A stretch of DNA of 64,000 nt from Bdellovibrionales bacterium (GCA_965203095.1 OZ241877.1:608001-672000); one strand, 5' to 3'; shown: positions 1 through 9,654, counted from the stretch's first letter. Numbers and translations are program-made. The notes: generated by a model from the sequence alone, not told the origin.

Positions 1-25
1 ATAACTTAAAGCACAATAAATAAGT

Positions 26-751
26 ATGGCATTAAAAATAAATGGTAATACACATTTTTTCATATATTTTATGACTCTCACCATGTGTTTTGGCCTTCAG
101 CCTCTATCTTTAGCGGATGACTGCCAGAAATGGTTCGAACAACAAAGCTTAAAAAAAGGAGGGGATTGTCAAATTGAATGTTCTATTGCAGAAACAGATA
201 TGGGGACTTTCCATTGTCCTGAACAATGTGTAAAACTTTGCAAAAAAAAGCCAAAAGAGCAAATTTATTTGGCTCTTTCCAGATTTTACCCTACACTGAC
301 TCCAGCGGAGCGTGACCTTGTGGCTAAGTATCCAAAAGAAATGTTACGGGCCTATAAAATAAATTGGGAAGCTGAAAACCTATGCTCAACTCTTTTTAAG
401 GAAAGTATAGCAAATGATGATAGTGATGCTTGCCGGCATTTTGTTGGAGCGGCACTTCTATATAAAAAATTTGGCCGGAAGCTCAGTCAGACCATCTTGG
501 ATGCTCATGAAAAAAACCCAAGACAACCTTCCGCTGAAAAACTAATGGACAAGGCGAATAATCATTTAGGACTAATAACAGCCACACAACTTAAAAAGAA
601 AAATAAATTAAATAAGAAGGAAATTTTAAAATCTTTTCAAGAGAATTTAAAGGCTGGAAACTTTGTAATTCTTAATCCGGGAGCAAAAAAAACATCTTTA
701 AAAGACAAAAAGAAATATAAAAAGTCCAAAGAACAAAAGGAGGTAAAATGA
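26..751 (+). CDS. Secreted Cys-rich protein with DUF6973-like C-terminal domain
   Basis: Hydrophobic N-terminus, then a Cys-rich segment (CQKWF..C..EC..C..C..C). The motif DACRH...AHE...MDKANN..G resembles the DUF6973 pattern D.FRH/AHE/MD..NN. Confidence 0.55.
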   Translation: MALKINGNTHFFIYFMTLTMCFGLQPLSLADDCQKWFEQQSLKKGGDCQIECSIAETDMGTFHCPEQCVKLCKKKPKEQIYLALSRFYPTLTPAERDLVAKYPKEMLRAYKINWEAENLCSTLFKESIANDDSDACRHFVGAALLYKKFGRKLSQTILDAHEKNPRQPSAEKLMDKANNHLGLITATQLKKKNKLNKKEILKSFQENLKAGNFVILNPGAKKTSLKDKKKYKKSKEQKEVK

Positions 752-1167
752 AAAAAATATTTTTAATCTCAGGAGTCTTTATTGTTTTCTGTATCGCTCT
801 TATTTATGCTGTAGCAAAAATATATTTGCGACCAATGGAGTATATGAGCCTCAAAAAAGTCTGTCGCCGATGGGGAGATCGGCCTTTTGATGAGGCAAAG
901 TTCAAAACAGCTGTTGAAAATAGAACCATCCGAGCAAAAATGACCTGCTCTCTTTTAAAAAATCAAAAAATGTATATTGGATTGGACAGCCTTGAAATAA
1001 GAGAAAGGCTTGGAGATTACTCCGGATATTTTTTCAGTGAGTCCTTTCCGGCTTATATAATTAATGAGGCAACAGAAGAAGACAGAAATGTCTGGCAGAT
1101 CCTTTTTTTTGTTGATGAGGATCATAAAGTTTCAAAAATTGTTGTCCATAAAAACTGTTGCTATTAA
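748..1167 (+). CDS. Membrane-anchored hypothetical protein, possible immunity partner of the upstream gene
   Basis: ATGA overlap with the upstream stop, strong SD (AAGGAGG), and an N-terminal transmembrane helix. Confidence 0.55.
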   Translation: MKKIFLISGVFIVFCIALIYAVAKIYLRPMEYMSLKKVCRRWGDRPFDEAKFKTAVENRTIRAKMTCSLLKNQKMYIGLDSLEIRERLGDYSGYFFSESFPAYIINEATEEDRNVWQILFFVDEDHKVSKIVVHKNCCY

Positions 1168-1290
1168 ATGTATGGTTGCAGGATATGAGGGCATTTGTGG
1201 ATGTTTTTGATCTTGTGTTAATTTGAAAGGATAAAAAAATATGAGTAAAAATTTTTTATAAAAAAGTTAGAAAGGAGCAGTTAAAAAACA

Positions 1291-2382
1291 ATGACAAAAA
1301 AATCTTTTTCGGGAAAAGTTTTAGAAAAATCTAAAGGTCAGATCCTCATCTATCAAACAGAAGGAGGGCAAACCAAGCTGGAGGTCCGGTTAGAGGGGGA
1401 TACTGTTTGGCTCACTCAAAAAGCTATGGCAGAGCTTTATCAAACCAGCAAGCAGAATATCAGCCTCCATATCCAAAATATCTGTAATGAAGGGGAGTTA
1501 TCTGAAAATTCAGTTGTCAAGGATTTTTTGACAACTGCCACAGACGGCAAAAATTATCGGATAAAATTCTACAACTTGGATATGATCCTCTCTGTGGGAT
1601 ACCGCATCAAATCCCACACAGCGACCCGTTTTCGGCAATGGGCCACAGTGCGACTGAGGGAATATATCGTCAAAGGCTTTCTTTTAGACGATGAAAGGCT
1701 TAAAAACCCCCACCAAACTTTTGATTATTTTGAAGAGCTACTTCATCGCATTCAGGACATCAGAACCTCCGAACGGCGGTTTTACCAAAAAATTACTGAT
1801 ATTTACGCCACCAGTGCCGATTATGACCCCACGGAAAAGATAAGCCTTACTTTCTTCAAGACTGTTCAAAACAAACTGCATTGGGCCATCACTGGCCGGA
1901 CTGCGGCTGAAATTGTCCACCAAAGGGCCGACAGCAAAAAAGCCAATATGGGTCTTACCAGTTGGAGGGGCGAAAAAATCCGAAAGGCAGATGTAGGCAT
2001 TGCAAAAAATTATCTTAATGAAAAAGAGCTGAAAGCTTTAAACAACTTGGTTGAGCAATATCTTTTGTTTGCTGAAGGGCAGGCTATGAGACGAAAGCCT
2101 ATGTTCATGAAAGACTGGGTTAAAAAATTAGATAGCTTTCTTCAAGTGAATGAAAGGGATATTTTAAGCCATGCGGGAAAAATCGCCCATGAGACAGCCC
2201 AAACCTTTGCGAGAAAAGAATATGACAAATTTCAAATCAAAAGGATAAAAGCAGATGATAAAAAGAAAAGTGATTTTGACAAATTTACTAAAAAAATATC
2301 AGCTCAAAAATCAAAAAGAATCCCAAGCAGGACCTTTGCCGGAAATCCTAAGAGCCGTCAAAAAAAGAACAAACGGAAATAA
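1291..2382 (+). CDS. rhuM: Virulence RhuM family protein
   Basis: Motifs TVWLTQKAMAELY, YNLDMILSVGYR, ATRFRQWAT..LREYIVKGF.LDDERLK and SERRFYQK. Confidence 0.9.
   Translation: MTKKSFSGKVLEKSKGQILIYQTEGGQTKLEVRLEGDTVWLTQKAMAELYQTSKQNISLHIQNICNEGELSENSVVKDFLTTATDGKNYRIKFYNLDMILSVGYRIKSHTATRFRQWATVRLREYIVKGFLLDDERLKNPHQTFDYFEELLHRIQDIRTSERRFYQKITDIYATSADYDPTEKISLTFFKTVQNKLHWAITGRTAAEIVHQRADSKKANMGLTSWRGEKIRKADVGIAKNYLNEKELKALNNLVEQYLLFAEGQAMRRKPMFMKDWVKKLDSFLQVNERDILSHAGKIAHETAQTFARKEYDKFQIKRIKADDKKKSDFDKFTKKISAQKSKRIPSRTFAGNPKSRQKKNKRK
1607..1682 (+). repeat. rhuM internal segment, copy 1 of a ~76-bp direct repeat
   Basis: Near-identical to 5623-5706. Confidence 0.9.
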
Positions 2383-2536
2383 AAGACCAGACTTTTTATA
2401 GGGCTTAGGAGGTTTTATTGTGACAATTTTAACCAGCTTTGTTATGAGAAAAGGCTCAATAAAAACAATGCAAAAGGCCAGTTTTGACACACAAACAGGT
2501 ATGGCATTATAAGGAGGGCTAAACTGGCAAAAAAAT

Positions 2537-4648
2537 ATGAGTAAAAATTTTGACAAAAAATTGATTGAGCTGTTGGAAACAGATCCAAGTTTTACAGATC
2601 AAAACGGGAAGTTGATTAAGAGGATTGTCATTGATAAGGCTTGGAGGACAGATAAGCAATTGGTCCGGCTTTTGCTTTCTGATACAGAAGTCAAAGCAAA
2701 GTTTTTTGATAAAATTGCCGGGCACTATGTTTTTAACATCAATACTTTGATTGATTATATTTCCAATAAAAAATTTTTAGGCAACTCCTATACTCGTTTT
2801 AGAAATAAAATTGGCCTGAACATTGACGGGAAATTCCTAAAAGAGCGGGGCGAAGTCTCCCTTGTTTGGCCCTATAAAGACTGTGTGTTAGAAGGAGGGC
2901 AAACCAAAGAGGAAGAGACACGAAAAGAAATCTTTTTTAATGAGATTTTAGCCCATGATGAAATCAACAGGCTTTTTGATCCGAAAGTTCTTACCAACTG
3001 GAAAAGGCATACAGTTAAAGGAACGGAGCCAGTATCAAAAATAAAAAGAGACAAAAACGGAACTCTCCGGGAAAATTTTATTGTTAAGGGAAACAACCTT
3101 TTGGCCCTTCATACCCTGAAACAACAGTTTCAAGGAAAAGTAAAACTTGTTTATATGGATCCGCCCTTTAATACAAAAGGAGATGCCAATACATTTTTAT
3201 ACAATAATAACTTCAATCATTCCGGCTGGCTTACTTTTATGAAGAATAGGCTTGAAGTTGCAAGAAAGTTGCTTTCTGAAAATGGAATCGCAGTTATAGC
3301 AATCGATCATGCAGAACTATTTTATATCGGAGTTTTAGCAGATGAGATTTTTTCAAGAAAAAATAGAATTGGCATTATCTCTGTTCAAACAAATCCCGGT
3401 GGCAGAAGTGACGCAGAGTTTTTTGCTACATCCTCTGAGTTTTTCTTAGTATATGCTAAGGAAAGGGAGATAGCATCCATCAATCTTTTACCTCTAACAG
3501 AAGAGCAAAAAGCTGTTTTTAAATTCAAAGATGATTTTTCTCCCTACAGATGGTGTCCATTTCGGAGAGGTGGTTCTAACTCCACCCCGGCAGACAGGCC
3601 CAATTTATTTTACTCCATTTTTTACAATGAGAAAACTGGTTATATCGGCCTTGAAAAAACAAAAGAGTCAGAAAAAATTATTCCATTGGACTCTAATGGT
3701 GTTAAACGAGTATGGCGTCAGTCTAAAGAGAGATTTATGGAGGCAGTAGCAAAAGAAGATATAAGAATAAAAAAGGGGCCGAGAGGCTATATTGTTGATT
3801 TAAAGGACAGGATCAAAAAGGGGCGAAAGCCAAAAACAATTTGGATAGATCCCTCTTACGACGCCTCTTCTCACGGGACAAGAATTTTAAAAAATATATT
3901 TCAAAAAAATAATATTTTTAGTTATCCAAAATCAAAACATTTGATGAAAGACATTATTAAAATCACAACTGAAAAAAATGCTTTGATTTTGGATTTTTTT
4001 GCTGGTTCTGGAACAACGGCGTCAGCTGTTTTAGAATTAAACCAAGAGGATAAAGGAAGTAGAAAGTTTATCCTCTGCGAACAAATGGATTATATAAATA
4101 AAGTCACAGTCCCCAGAGTTTGCCATGTGGCAAAACAAAATCTTAAAGAAGATTTTATTTATTGTGAGCTGATGAAATATAATGAAGTTTTTATGGATAA
4201 GATACAAATGGCAAAATCTTCAAAGGAGTTGGTGAAACTTTGGAAGGATATTTCTAAAAACTCTTTTCTCAACTGGTATGTAAATCCTGAAGTCCCGGAA
4301 GATGCCTTAAATGATTTTGTAAAAATCGGGGAGGAGGATTTTTCCCGGAACCAGAACCAACACAAATCCGGAGAATCCAAAACAAATACTTCCGGCAAGA
4401 CCAATGGTCTAAAAGCAGGCACAAAGCAAAAGAAACCGGAAGAGTGGAAAAACCAGAAGTATATAGAAAAAACTTTTGGAGCCGTTTTGGAAAAAAACAA
4501 AACCGGTTTGGAAAGACAAAAAAATCTTTTAGCAGAGCTATTGAACAAAAACCAACTCTATGTCCTCTATTCAGAAATTGATGACAAAGATTTTAAAGTG
4601 AGCCAGGAGGACAAACATTTAAACCAACTCTTTTATGGAGAGAATTGA
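2537..4648 (+). CDS. mod: Type III R-M modification subunit (N6-adenine DNA methyltransferase, beta class), no adjacent res
   Basis: DPPF catalytic motif precedes DFFAGSGTT. The N-terminus (WPYKDCVLEGGQTKEE..EIFFNEILA) is typical of type III Mod proteins. Confidence 0.85.
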   Translation: MSKNFDKKLIELLETDPSFTDQNGKLIKRIVIDKAWRTDKQLVRLLLSDTEVKAKFFDKIAGHYVFNINTLIDYISNKKFLGNSYTRFRNKIGLNIDGKFLKERGEVSLVWPYKDCVLEGGQTKEEETRKEIFFNEILAHDEINRLFDPKVLTNWKRHTVKGTEPVSKIKRDKNGTLRENFIVKGNNLLALHTLKQQFQGKVKLVYMDPPFNTKGDANTFLYNNNFNHSGWLTFMKNRLEVARKLLSENGIAVIAIDHAELFYIGVLADEIFSRKNRIGIISVQTNPGGRSDAEFFATSSEFFLVYAKEREIASINLLPLTEEQKAVFKFKDDFSPYRWCPFRRGGSNSTPADRPNLFYSIFYNEKTGYIGLEKTKESEKIIPLDSNGVKRVWRQSKERFMEAVAKEDIRIKKGPRGYIVDLKDRIKKGRKPKTIWIDPSYDASSHGTRILKNIFQKNNIFSYPKSKHLMKDIIKITTEKNALILDFFAGSGTTASAVLELNQEDKGSRKFILCEQMDYINKVTVPRVCHVAKQNLKEDFIYCELMKYNEVFMDKIQMAKSSKELVKLWKDISKNSFLNWYVNPEVPEDALNDFVKIGEEDFSRNQNQHKSGESKTNTSGKTNGLKAGTKQKKPEEWKNQKYIEKTFGAVLEKNKTGLERQKNLLAELLNKNQLYVLYSEIDDKDFKVSQEDKHLNQLFYGEN

Positions 4649-4676
4649 AACTGTCCAAAAAACTCTGAACTTGTTG

Positions 4677-4856
4677 TTATGACTTGTTTTTAAGTTTCTT
4701 GATTTCTCGAATAGGCAGACCCGTCACTTTAGAGATGAAAGAAAAATCAGCTTTTTCCTTCAACATATTCAAAATAAGCTCTTTATCTCTTTCCAGCCGA
4801 CCTTCTTGACGACCTTCCCACCGGCCTTCCAGCCGAATTTCCTCTTTTATATCCAT
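4677..4856 (-). CDS. Putative RpnS small C-terminal protein (59 aa) from an internal start
   Basis: AGAAAGGAGG SD at 4870-4861, 4 nt before an in-frame ATG at 4856. Encodes MDIKEEIRLEGRWEGRQEGR...ISKVTGL. Confidence 0.7.
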   Translation of the reverse strand: MDIKEEIRLEGRWEGRQEGRLERDKELILNMLKEKADFSFISKVTGLPIREIKKLKNKS

Positions 4857-5520
4857 ATAGCCTCCTTTCTTTAATAAAGCTTTCTTAATAGCTTCTTCCT
4901 CCAACTTGTTCCAAAGTTTAAAACTCACCCCCGCCGACCTCAAATACTTGGCCACAGCCAATATCCACTCATCACGCTTAAAAACCCTAAAAAAAGCAAA
5001 CAATACCTCCCGCAACTCCCCCTCATTATCCTTTAAAAACCACACACGGTCCAACAACTGCAAAACCCGACCCGTCTTAAAACTCCGATCATCAAAAACC
5101 CTCTGAACCCTCTTATCCCCTGTATTCAATAAGCTCAAACCATAATTTAACATGTTTTTTCTAAAAGATCGAGGAATTTTTAAAAAAAACTCTCCTAAAA
5201 CAGCCTCCTGAAAAGACAACTTCCAACTCCAAGGGACTTTTCCGTGATAAAACAAAACAGGGATTACCGCTATCCTCTGTTGAGATTGCTCGTAGAGCTT
5301 TGTCTGATACCTTAAAACCTGCTTAAAGAGATTTTTGTCATATTTGGACTTGTGCTCAAACAGGACGACTATCCTGATCTGGCTTTTAGGAAAGTTTTTT
5401 AGGGGAAAGGACAGAACCAAGTCCATTTGCTTATCTTTTAAAGAATTTGTCGTGGTGGTTTCCGGGTTTTAATACTGAAAATTTCTCAAGTTCTTTTTTA
5501 GTTTCAGTTTTTATTGGCAT
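4677..5520 (-). pseudogene. Rpn/YhgA-like (Transposase_31) PD-(D/E)XK nuclease, frameshifted by an internal deletion
   Basis: SD plus ATG at 5520 encodes MPIKT..NHHDKFFKR*, containing the Rpn HDxFFK motif, with the stop at 5431-5433. The rest (DLVL..LFEHKS..YQ..PVLFYHG..EGRxEGR) is in another frame. Confidence 0.85.
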
Positions 5521-5622
5521 GTTGCTCCTTTTTGTTGATTTAGCTGAAAGTTCAAAAAAATAGTATAGAATGGTTTTTATAAAAAAGCAAGCTATGGGTA
5601 GTGCTAATTTAAGGTCTGCTTT

Positions 5623-5706
5623 TCAAATCCCATACAGCGACCCATTTCGGCAATGGGCCACAGTGCGACTGAGGGAATATATCGTCTATATCGTTAAAGG
5701 CTTTCT
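5623..5706 (+). repeat. Degenerate copy of the rhuM segment (copy 2)
   Basis: Matches 1607-1682 with a few substitutions, a 1-bp deletion and a 9-bp tandem duplication (tatatcgtc/tatatcgtt). Confidence 0.9.
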
Positions 5707-5714
5707 GTTAAAGC

Positions 5715-5743
5715 TTGACATAGTGGTTATGCAAATCTAAACT
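5715..5743 (+). promoter_or_regulatory. Putative sigma70 promoter of the parA-like gene
   Basis: TTGACA-17 nt-TAAACT. Confidence 0.55.
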
Positions 5744-5877
5744 GACTTTAGCTAAAAATGAATGAGTGGCTTATGGAGCACTGCGTCAAACCCTTAAAAC
5801 TACTCATTTTTGGGAAAGATTTGTAAAAAATTGAGAAAAAAATACTTATCGAGAAACTGTTTACAAGAATATAAACC

Positions 5878-6894
5878 ATGACAACAGAAACTATGAGATA
5901 TGCCATTTGGAACAATAAAGGAGGGGTAGGCAAAACCTTCCTCACTTTTATGCTGTCCTCAGAATATGCTATCAAACATGAAAACAAAAAAATCGTGGTT
6001 GTGGATATGTGCCCGCAAGCCAATCTTTCTGAGATTTTACTTGGCGGAAATGGACCCGGTTCAGAAAAGCTGGAACAATGTATAAAAGAAAAAAAAACAA
6101 TAGGGGAATATATCAACTTAAGAATCGAAAGCCCGCATCAAAAATTAGGAAGAGAAACAGATTTTTTTATAAATGTTTATGAATTTAACAAGGAAATACC
6201 AAAAAATTTATACCTTATAGTGGGTGACCCCCAATTAGAAATTCAAGCCCAAGTAATGAATCAAATAAGCAGTCAGGATCTGCCTGAAAACTCGTGGAAG
6301 AATGTTCATTCTTGGCTTATTGATCTCATCATAGCCGGTGAAAAAAAACATGGCAATACAACAACTTTCATAGATTGTAACCCCAGCTTTTCCTCTTATA
6401 CAGAAATTGCCTTATTGGCGGCTATGAAAATTATCATTCCCTGCTCCAGTGATGGTTCATCTGCAAGGGCTATTGACAACGTGGCCTCTCTTGTATATGG
6501 GCAGAATTTACCGGAAAATTTGAAGTCTGCTAGTTTTTTTACAAAAGCTAAAAAATTCGGCATGAGCCTGCCGGTAATTCATTCTGTTTTGCTAAATCGT
6601 TCCACTCAATATGACAAAAAAGCAAGTAAAGCCTTTGGTGCTATGTTTAAAGAAATCAAAAACAGGGTGGAAAGGTTTAAAGACTCCAATAAACAATGGT
6701 TTCATAGTCATTTTGAATATTTTGATATCCCTGATGCACATTCCCCTGCCATTGTATGTTCTCATAAAGGTCTTCCTATCAGCAAATTAAAAGCAGGACA
6801 CCATAAAGTGCATAAGACAATGCCACAAGTGAATCCAGAACCGTTGAAAAGATATAAAGAAGCTATAAAAAAACTGGTTAATGTTTTAAACTGA
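5878..6894 (+). CDS. ParA/Soj family ATPase (no parB nearby)
   Basis: Deviant Walker A NNKGGVGKT, plus VDMCPQANLS and IDCNPSF. Confidence 0.85.
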   Translation: MTTETMRYAIWNNKGGVGKTFLTFMLSSEYAIKHENKKIVVVDMCPQANLSEILLGGNGPGSEKLEQCIKEKKTIGEYINLRIESPHQKLGRETDFFINVYEFNKEIPKNLYLIVGDPQLEIQAQVMNQISSQDLPENSWKNVHSWLIDLIIAGEKKHGNTTTFIDCNPSFSSYTEIALLAAMKIIIPCSSDGSSARAIDNVASLVYGQNLPENLKSASFFTKAKKFGMSLPVIHSVLLNRSTQYDKKASKAFGAMFKEIKNRVERFKDSNKQWFHSHFEYFDIPDAHSPAIVCSHKGLPISKLKAGHHKVHKTMPQVNPEPLKRYKEAIKKLVNVLN

Positions 6895-7262
6895 TTAAAA
6901 ATCTTCATTTTTTACTATAAGAAGACCAAGGTGACTAAGGTTTTTTAAATCTGGATCTGATGTTTTGACTTAATAGCCCGGCAAAAAAAGCTTGTTTTCT
7001 TGAAAGCCTTTAAAATTAGGGCTTTCGTTCCGTTTATCCCGTGCCACATTGTGCTGCAATGTCTTTTATGAAAAGATAGCAAAATAATGGGCATGAACCA
7101 AAGCCTTTATTCTGCCTTAAACGAAGCCTAATTCAGTTAATCAAAAAAATCCATAAAACCAACAGCTCAACTAACTCTGAATCTAAGAATATATTGAGAA
7201 ACTAAAACAAAAATTGAAGATCGTTAAATGGAAAGAAACAAAACAAATGAAATAAATTAAAA

Positions 7263-7339
7263 TGGTCGGGGAGACAGGATTTGAACCTGCGACCCCCTGG
7301 TCCCAAACCAGATGCGCTACCGGACTGCGCTACTCCCCG
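7263..7339 (-). tRNA. tRNA-Pro (TGG)
   Basis: Reverse complement reads CGGGGAGTAGCGCAG...TTTGGGA...GGTTCAAATCC...CCCCGACCA: a cloverleaf with encoded CCA. Confidence 0.97.
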
Positions 7340-7579
7340 ATAAGAGGGACTATATCAAAAAATCCTATGATTCTGCAAAATAAAAATGCATTGCTTTCAG
7401 TTATATTGATCCTATTTAAAATTTCCGGTCAAAATAGAGTCCAGAAAGTAGGAATTTTTCAAACACAATCGGTATAAATGTTCGTTTTTTTAAGCTTATT
7501 AAGGGAAATGGACCCCTGTTGGCCTGGGAGCTAAAAAGCGGAGGCTTCTTTTTAGGACAAAGCTGAGCAGGAAGAACCA

Positions 7580-9508
7580 TTATTGAGGCAAGATCCATTT
7601 TAGGTTTTGAAACTCATCGTTTTTGAGTAAGAGTCCATTTTTCTTTTTTCGCTCTCCAAAAAAATAATCTCTGAGGGTAGACATATTTTTATAGGTCACC
7701 TTTTGATTCCCTTTAAAAATTTTGTTTGCTATTCTTTTTTGCCCTTCTTGCCCTTGGTAGCCTTCAGGATAGTGATTTACAAAATCCTCAATTAAGGCTA
7801 AAAACTGGCTGGAAGTTCCGGTTAGGCTTTTCCAAGCCAATTCCTGAAATTGAGATGAGTCTAAAGAGGCAGATACATTGATGAAAGTTCTTAGCATATA
7901 TCCATCTTCATATTTTTCGGCAAAGCGAACATAACCCTCTATACCGATAAACTCTGGTCTCAGTTCCCCCTTTTCATTTAGAATTTTTTCCCTATAAGTT
8001 CGGAATTTAGTAGTAGATCCTTGAAATTGTTGCCAACCGAGTTTTTTTAAAATATCTTTGTCTAATATGGCGGAAACATTGTTAAAAGCTCTGCTCATTT
8101 TTCCATCTTCGTATTTTTCCGTAAAGTGTGCATAGCCTGCCATACCGGTAAATTCTGGTCGCAATTCCTCACTTTTTGGATCCAGTATTTTTTCTCTATA
8201 AGCTCGGAATGTGGCTATACTCCCATGAAAGGCTTTCCATCTTAACCCTTGGAACTGTTTTTTACTTAGAATAGCGGAAACATTGCTAAAAGCTGTTCGC
8301 ATGGCCCCATCTTCATATTTTTCGGCAAAGTGAGCATATCCATCTATGCCGATAAATTCTGGCCTCAGCTTTCCTTCTTGATCTAAAATTTTGTTTCTAT
8401 AAGACTTAAATTTTTCTACATTTCCGTGAAATTGTTGCCAGCCTAAGTTTTTAAACTGTTCTCTATTCAAGACAGAAGAGACATTAAAAAAACTTTTATG
8501 CATATTTCCATCTGCATATTTTTCGGCAAAGCGAGCATAGCCTTCCATACCTACAAACTCCATTCTAAAAGAACCATCCTCATGCAAAATTTTAGATTTT
8601 TGCCTTCTAAATTCTCTCACATCCCCTCTAAAAATAGACCAACCTAATTTTTTAAACAAAGCTTTATCTAAAACAGCAGATACACTGCCAAAAGCTTTAT
8701 GCATTTTTCCTTCTTCGTAAAGGTCTGCAAAGCGAACATAGCCCTCCATCCCGATAAATTCTGGCCTGAGCCTCCCCTCTTCATCAAGGATTTTAGATTT
8801 ATAAGATCTAAACTCCAGCACAGATCCATAAAAGCTTTTCCAGCCTAAGTTTTTAAAGTCAATTTTATCAAGAATAACAGACACATTTTTAAAAGCTTTA
8901 TGCATTTTTCCTTCTTCGTAAAGGTCTGCGAAGCGAGCATAGCCCTCTATCCCGATAAACTCTGGCCTCAGCTTTCCCGTTTCATTCAGAATTTTCTCTC
9001 TATAAGTCCGGAATTTAGTAGTAGATCCGTAAAATTGTTGCCAGCCGAGTTTTTTAAACAGAGTTTTATTCAAGACAGCAGATACATTGCCAAAAGCTTT
9101 ATGCATTTTTCCTTCTTCGTAAAGGTCTGCAAAGCGAACATAGCCCTCTATCCCGATAAACTCTAACCTCAGCTCCCCTTTTTCATTTAGAATTTTTTCC
9201 CTATAAGCTCTATATTGCTTTACATTGCCGGCAAAATATTGCCAACCGAGTTTTTTAAACAGAGTTTTTTTCAGAGTAGTAGAAACATTGTTAAAAACCG
9301 TTTGCATGGATCTATATCCATTTTGTTCGGCAAAGAGGGCATAGCCCTCCATACCTTGAAATTCTGGGCGGGGCTGTCCTTTTTCATCAAGGATTTTACT
9401 TGTTAGCCTTTGAAAAACTGTGGAACATGCTGTGGGAACTGTTGAGGGATGAGCGAAAAGAGAATAAAAAGCCAAAAAAAGAAATAAGATAAGATTTTTA
9501 AAGTTCAT
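7580..9508 (-). CDS. Secreted protein with 8 tandem ~67-aa repeats of unrecognised family
   Basis: Signal peptide, then a unit KIL.E.G.LRPEF.G.EGY..FA..YE.G.M..AF.NVS..L....FK.LGW..F.G. The DNA period is 201 bp (matches at 8691, 8892, 9093). Confidence 0.85.
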   Translation of the reverse strand: MNFKNLILFLFLAFYSLFAHPSTVPTACSTVFQRLTSKILDEKGQPRPEFQGMEGYALFAEQNGYRSMQTVFNNVSTTLKKTLFKKLGWQYFAGNVKQYRAYREKILNEKGELRLEFIGIEGYVRFADLYEEGKMHKAFGNVSAVLNKTLFKKLGWQQFYGSTTKFRTYREKILNETGKLRPEFIGIEGYARFADLYEEGKMHKAFKNVSVILDKIDFKNLGWKSFYGSVLEFRSYKSKILDEEGRLRPEFIGMEGYVRFADLYEEGKMHKAFGSVSAVLDKALFKKLGWSIFRGDVREFRRQKSKILHEDGSFRMEFVGMEGYARFAEKYADGNMHKSFFNVSSVLNREQFKNLGWQQFHGNVEKFKSYRNKILDQEGKLRPEFIGIDGYAHFAEKYEDGAMRTAFSNVSAILSKKQFQGLRWKAFHGSIATFRAYREKILDPKSEELRPEFTGMAGYAHFTEKYEDGKMSRAFNNVSAILDKDILKKLGWQQFQGSTTKFRTYREKILNEKGELRPEFIGIEGYVRFAEKYEDGYMLRTFINVSASLDSSQFQELAWKSLTGTSSQFLALIEDFVNHYPEGYQGQEGQKRIANKIFKGNQKVTYKNMSTLRDYFFGERKKKNGLLLKNDEFQNLKWILPQ

Positions 9509-9627
9509 ATTTTTATTTACCTGTAAAAACTCTTATTAAAAAGCTCTGGATTTTTAACTGTCGTGAAAACAAAAATCCAAATACCTTGCTTTGCAAAAAA
9601 AAACCATTTTCACAATGTCTGGCTTTC

Positions 9628-9654
9628 CTGGATTCCCATTTTCACGGGAATGAC
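9628..9654. repeat. dRS3/REP-like palindrome ATTCCC-N8-GGGAAT (copy 1)
   Basis: ctggATTCCCattttcacGGGAATgac; a near-identical inverted copy is at 48800-48825. Confidence 0.75.

Noticed and set aside
2537..4648. Phase-variable mod (phasevarion)
   Set aside because: No simple-sequence repeat tract beyond the short A runs that are common throughout this AT-rich DNA.
7014..7133. Possible ~120-bp element with ends AATTAGGGCTTTCGTT / AACGAAGCCTAATT
   Set aside because: Single copy, and the match needs two gaps; too weak to call.
7262..7477. 71-aa ORF MVGETGFEPATP
   Set aside because: Antisense translation of tRNA-Pro.
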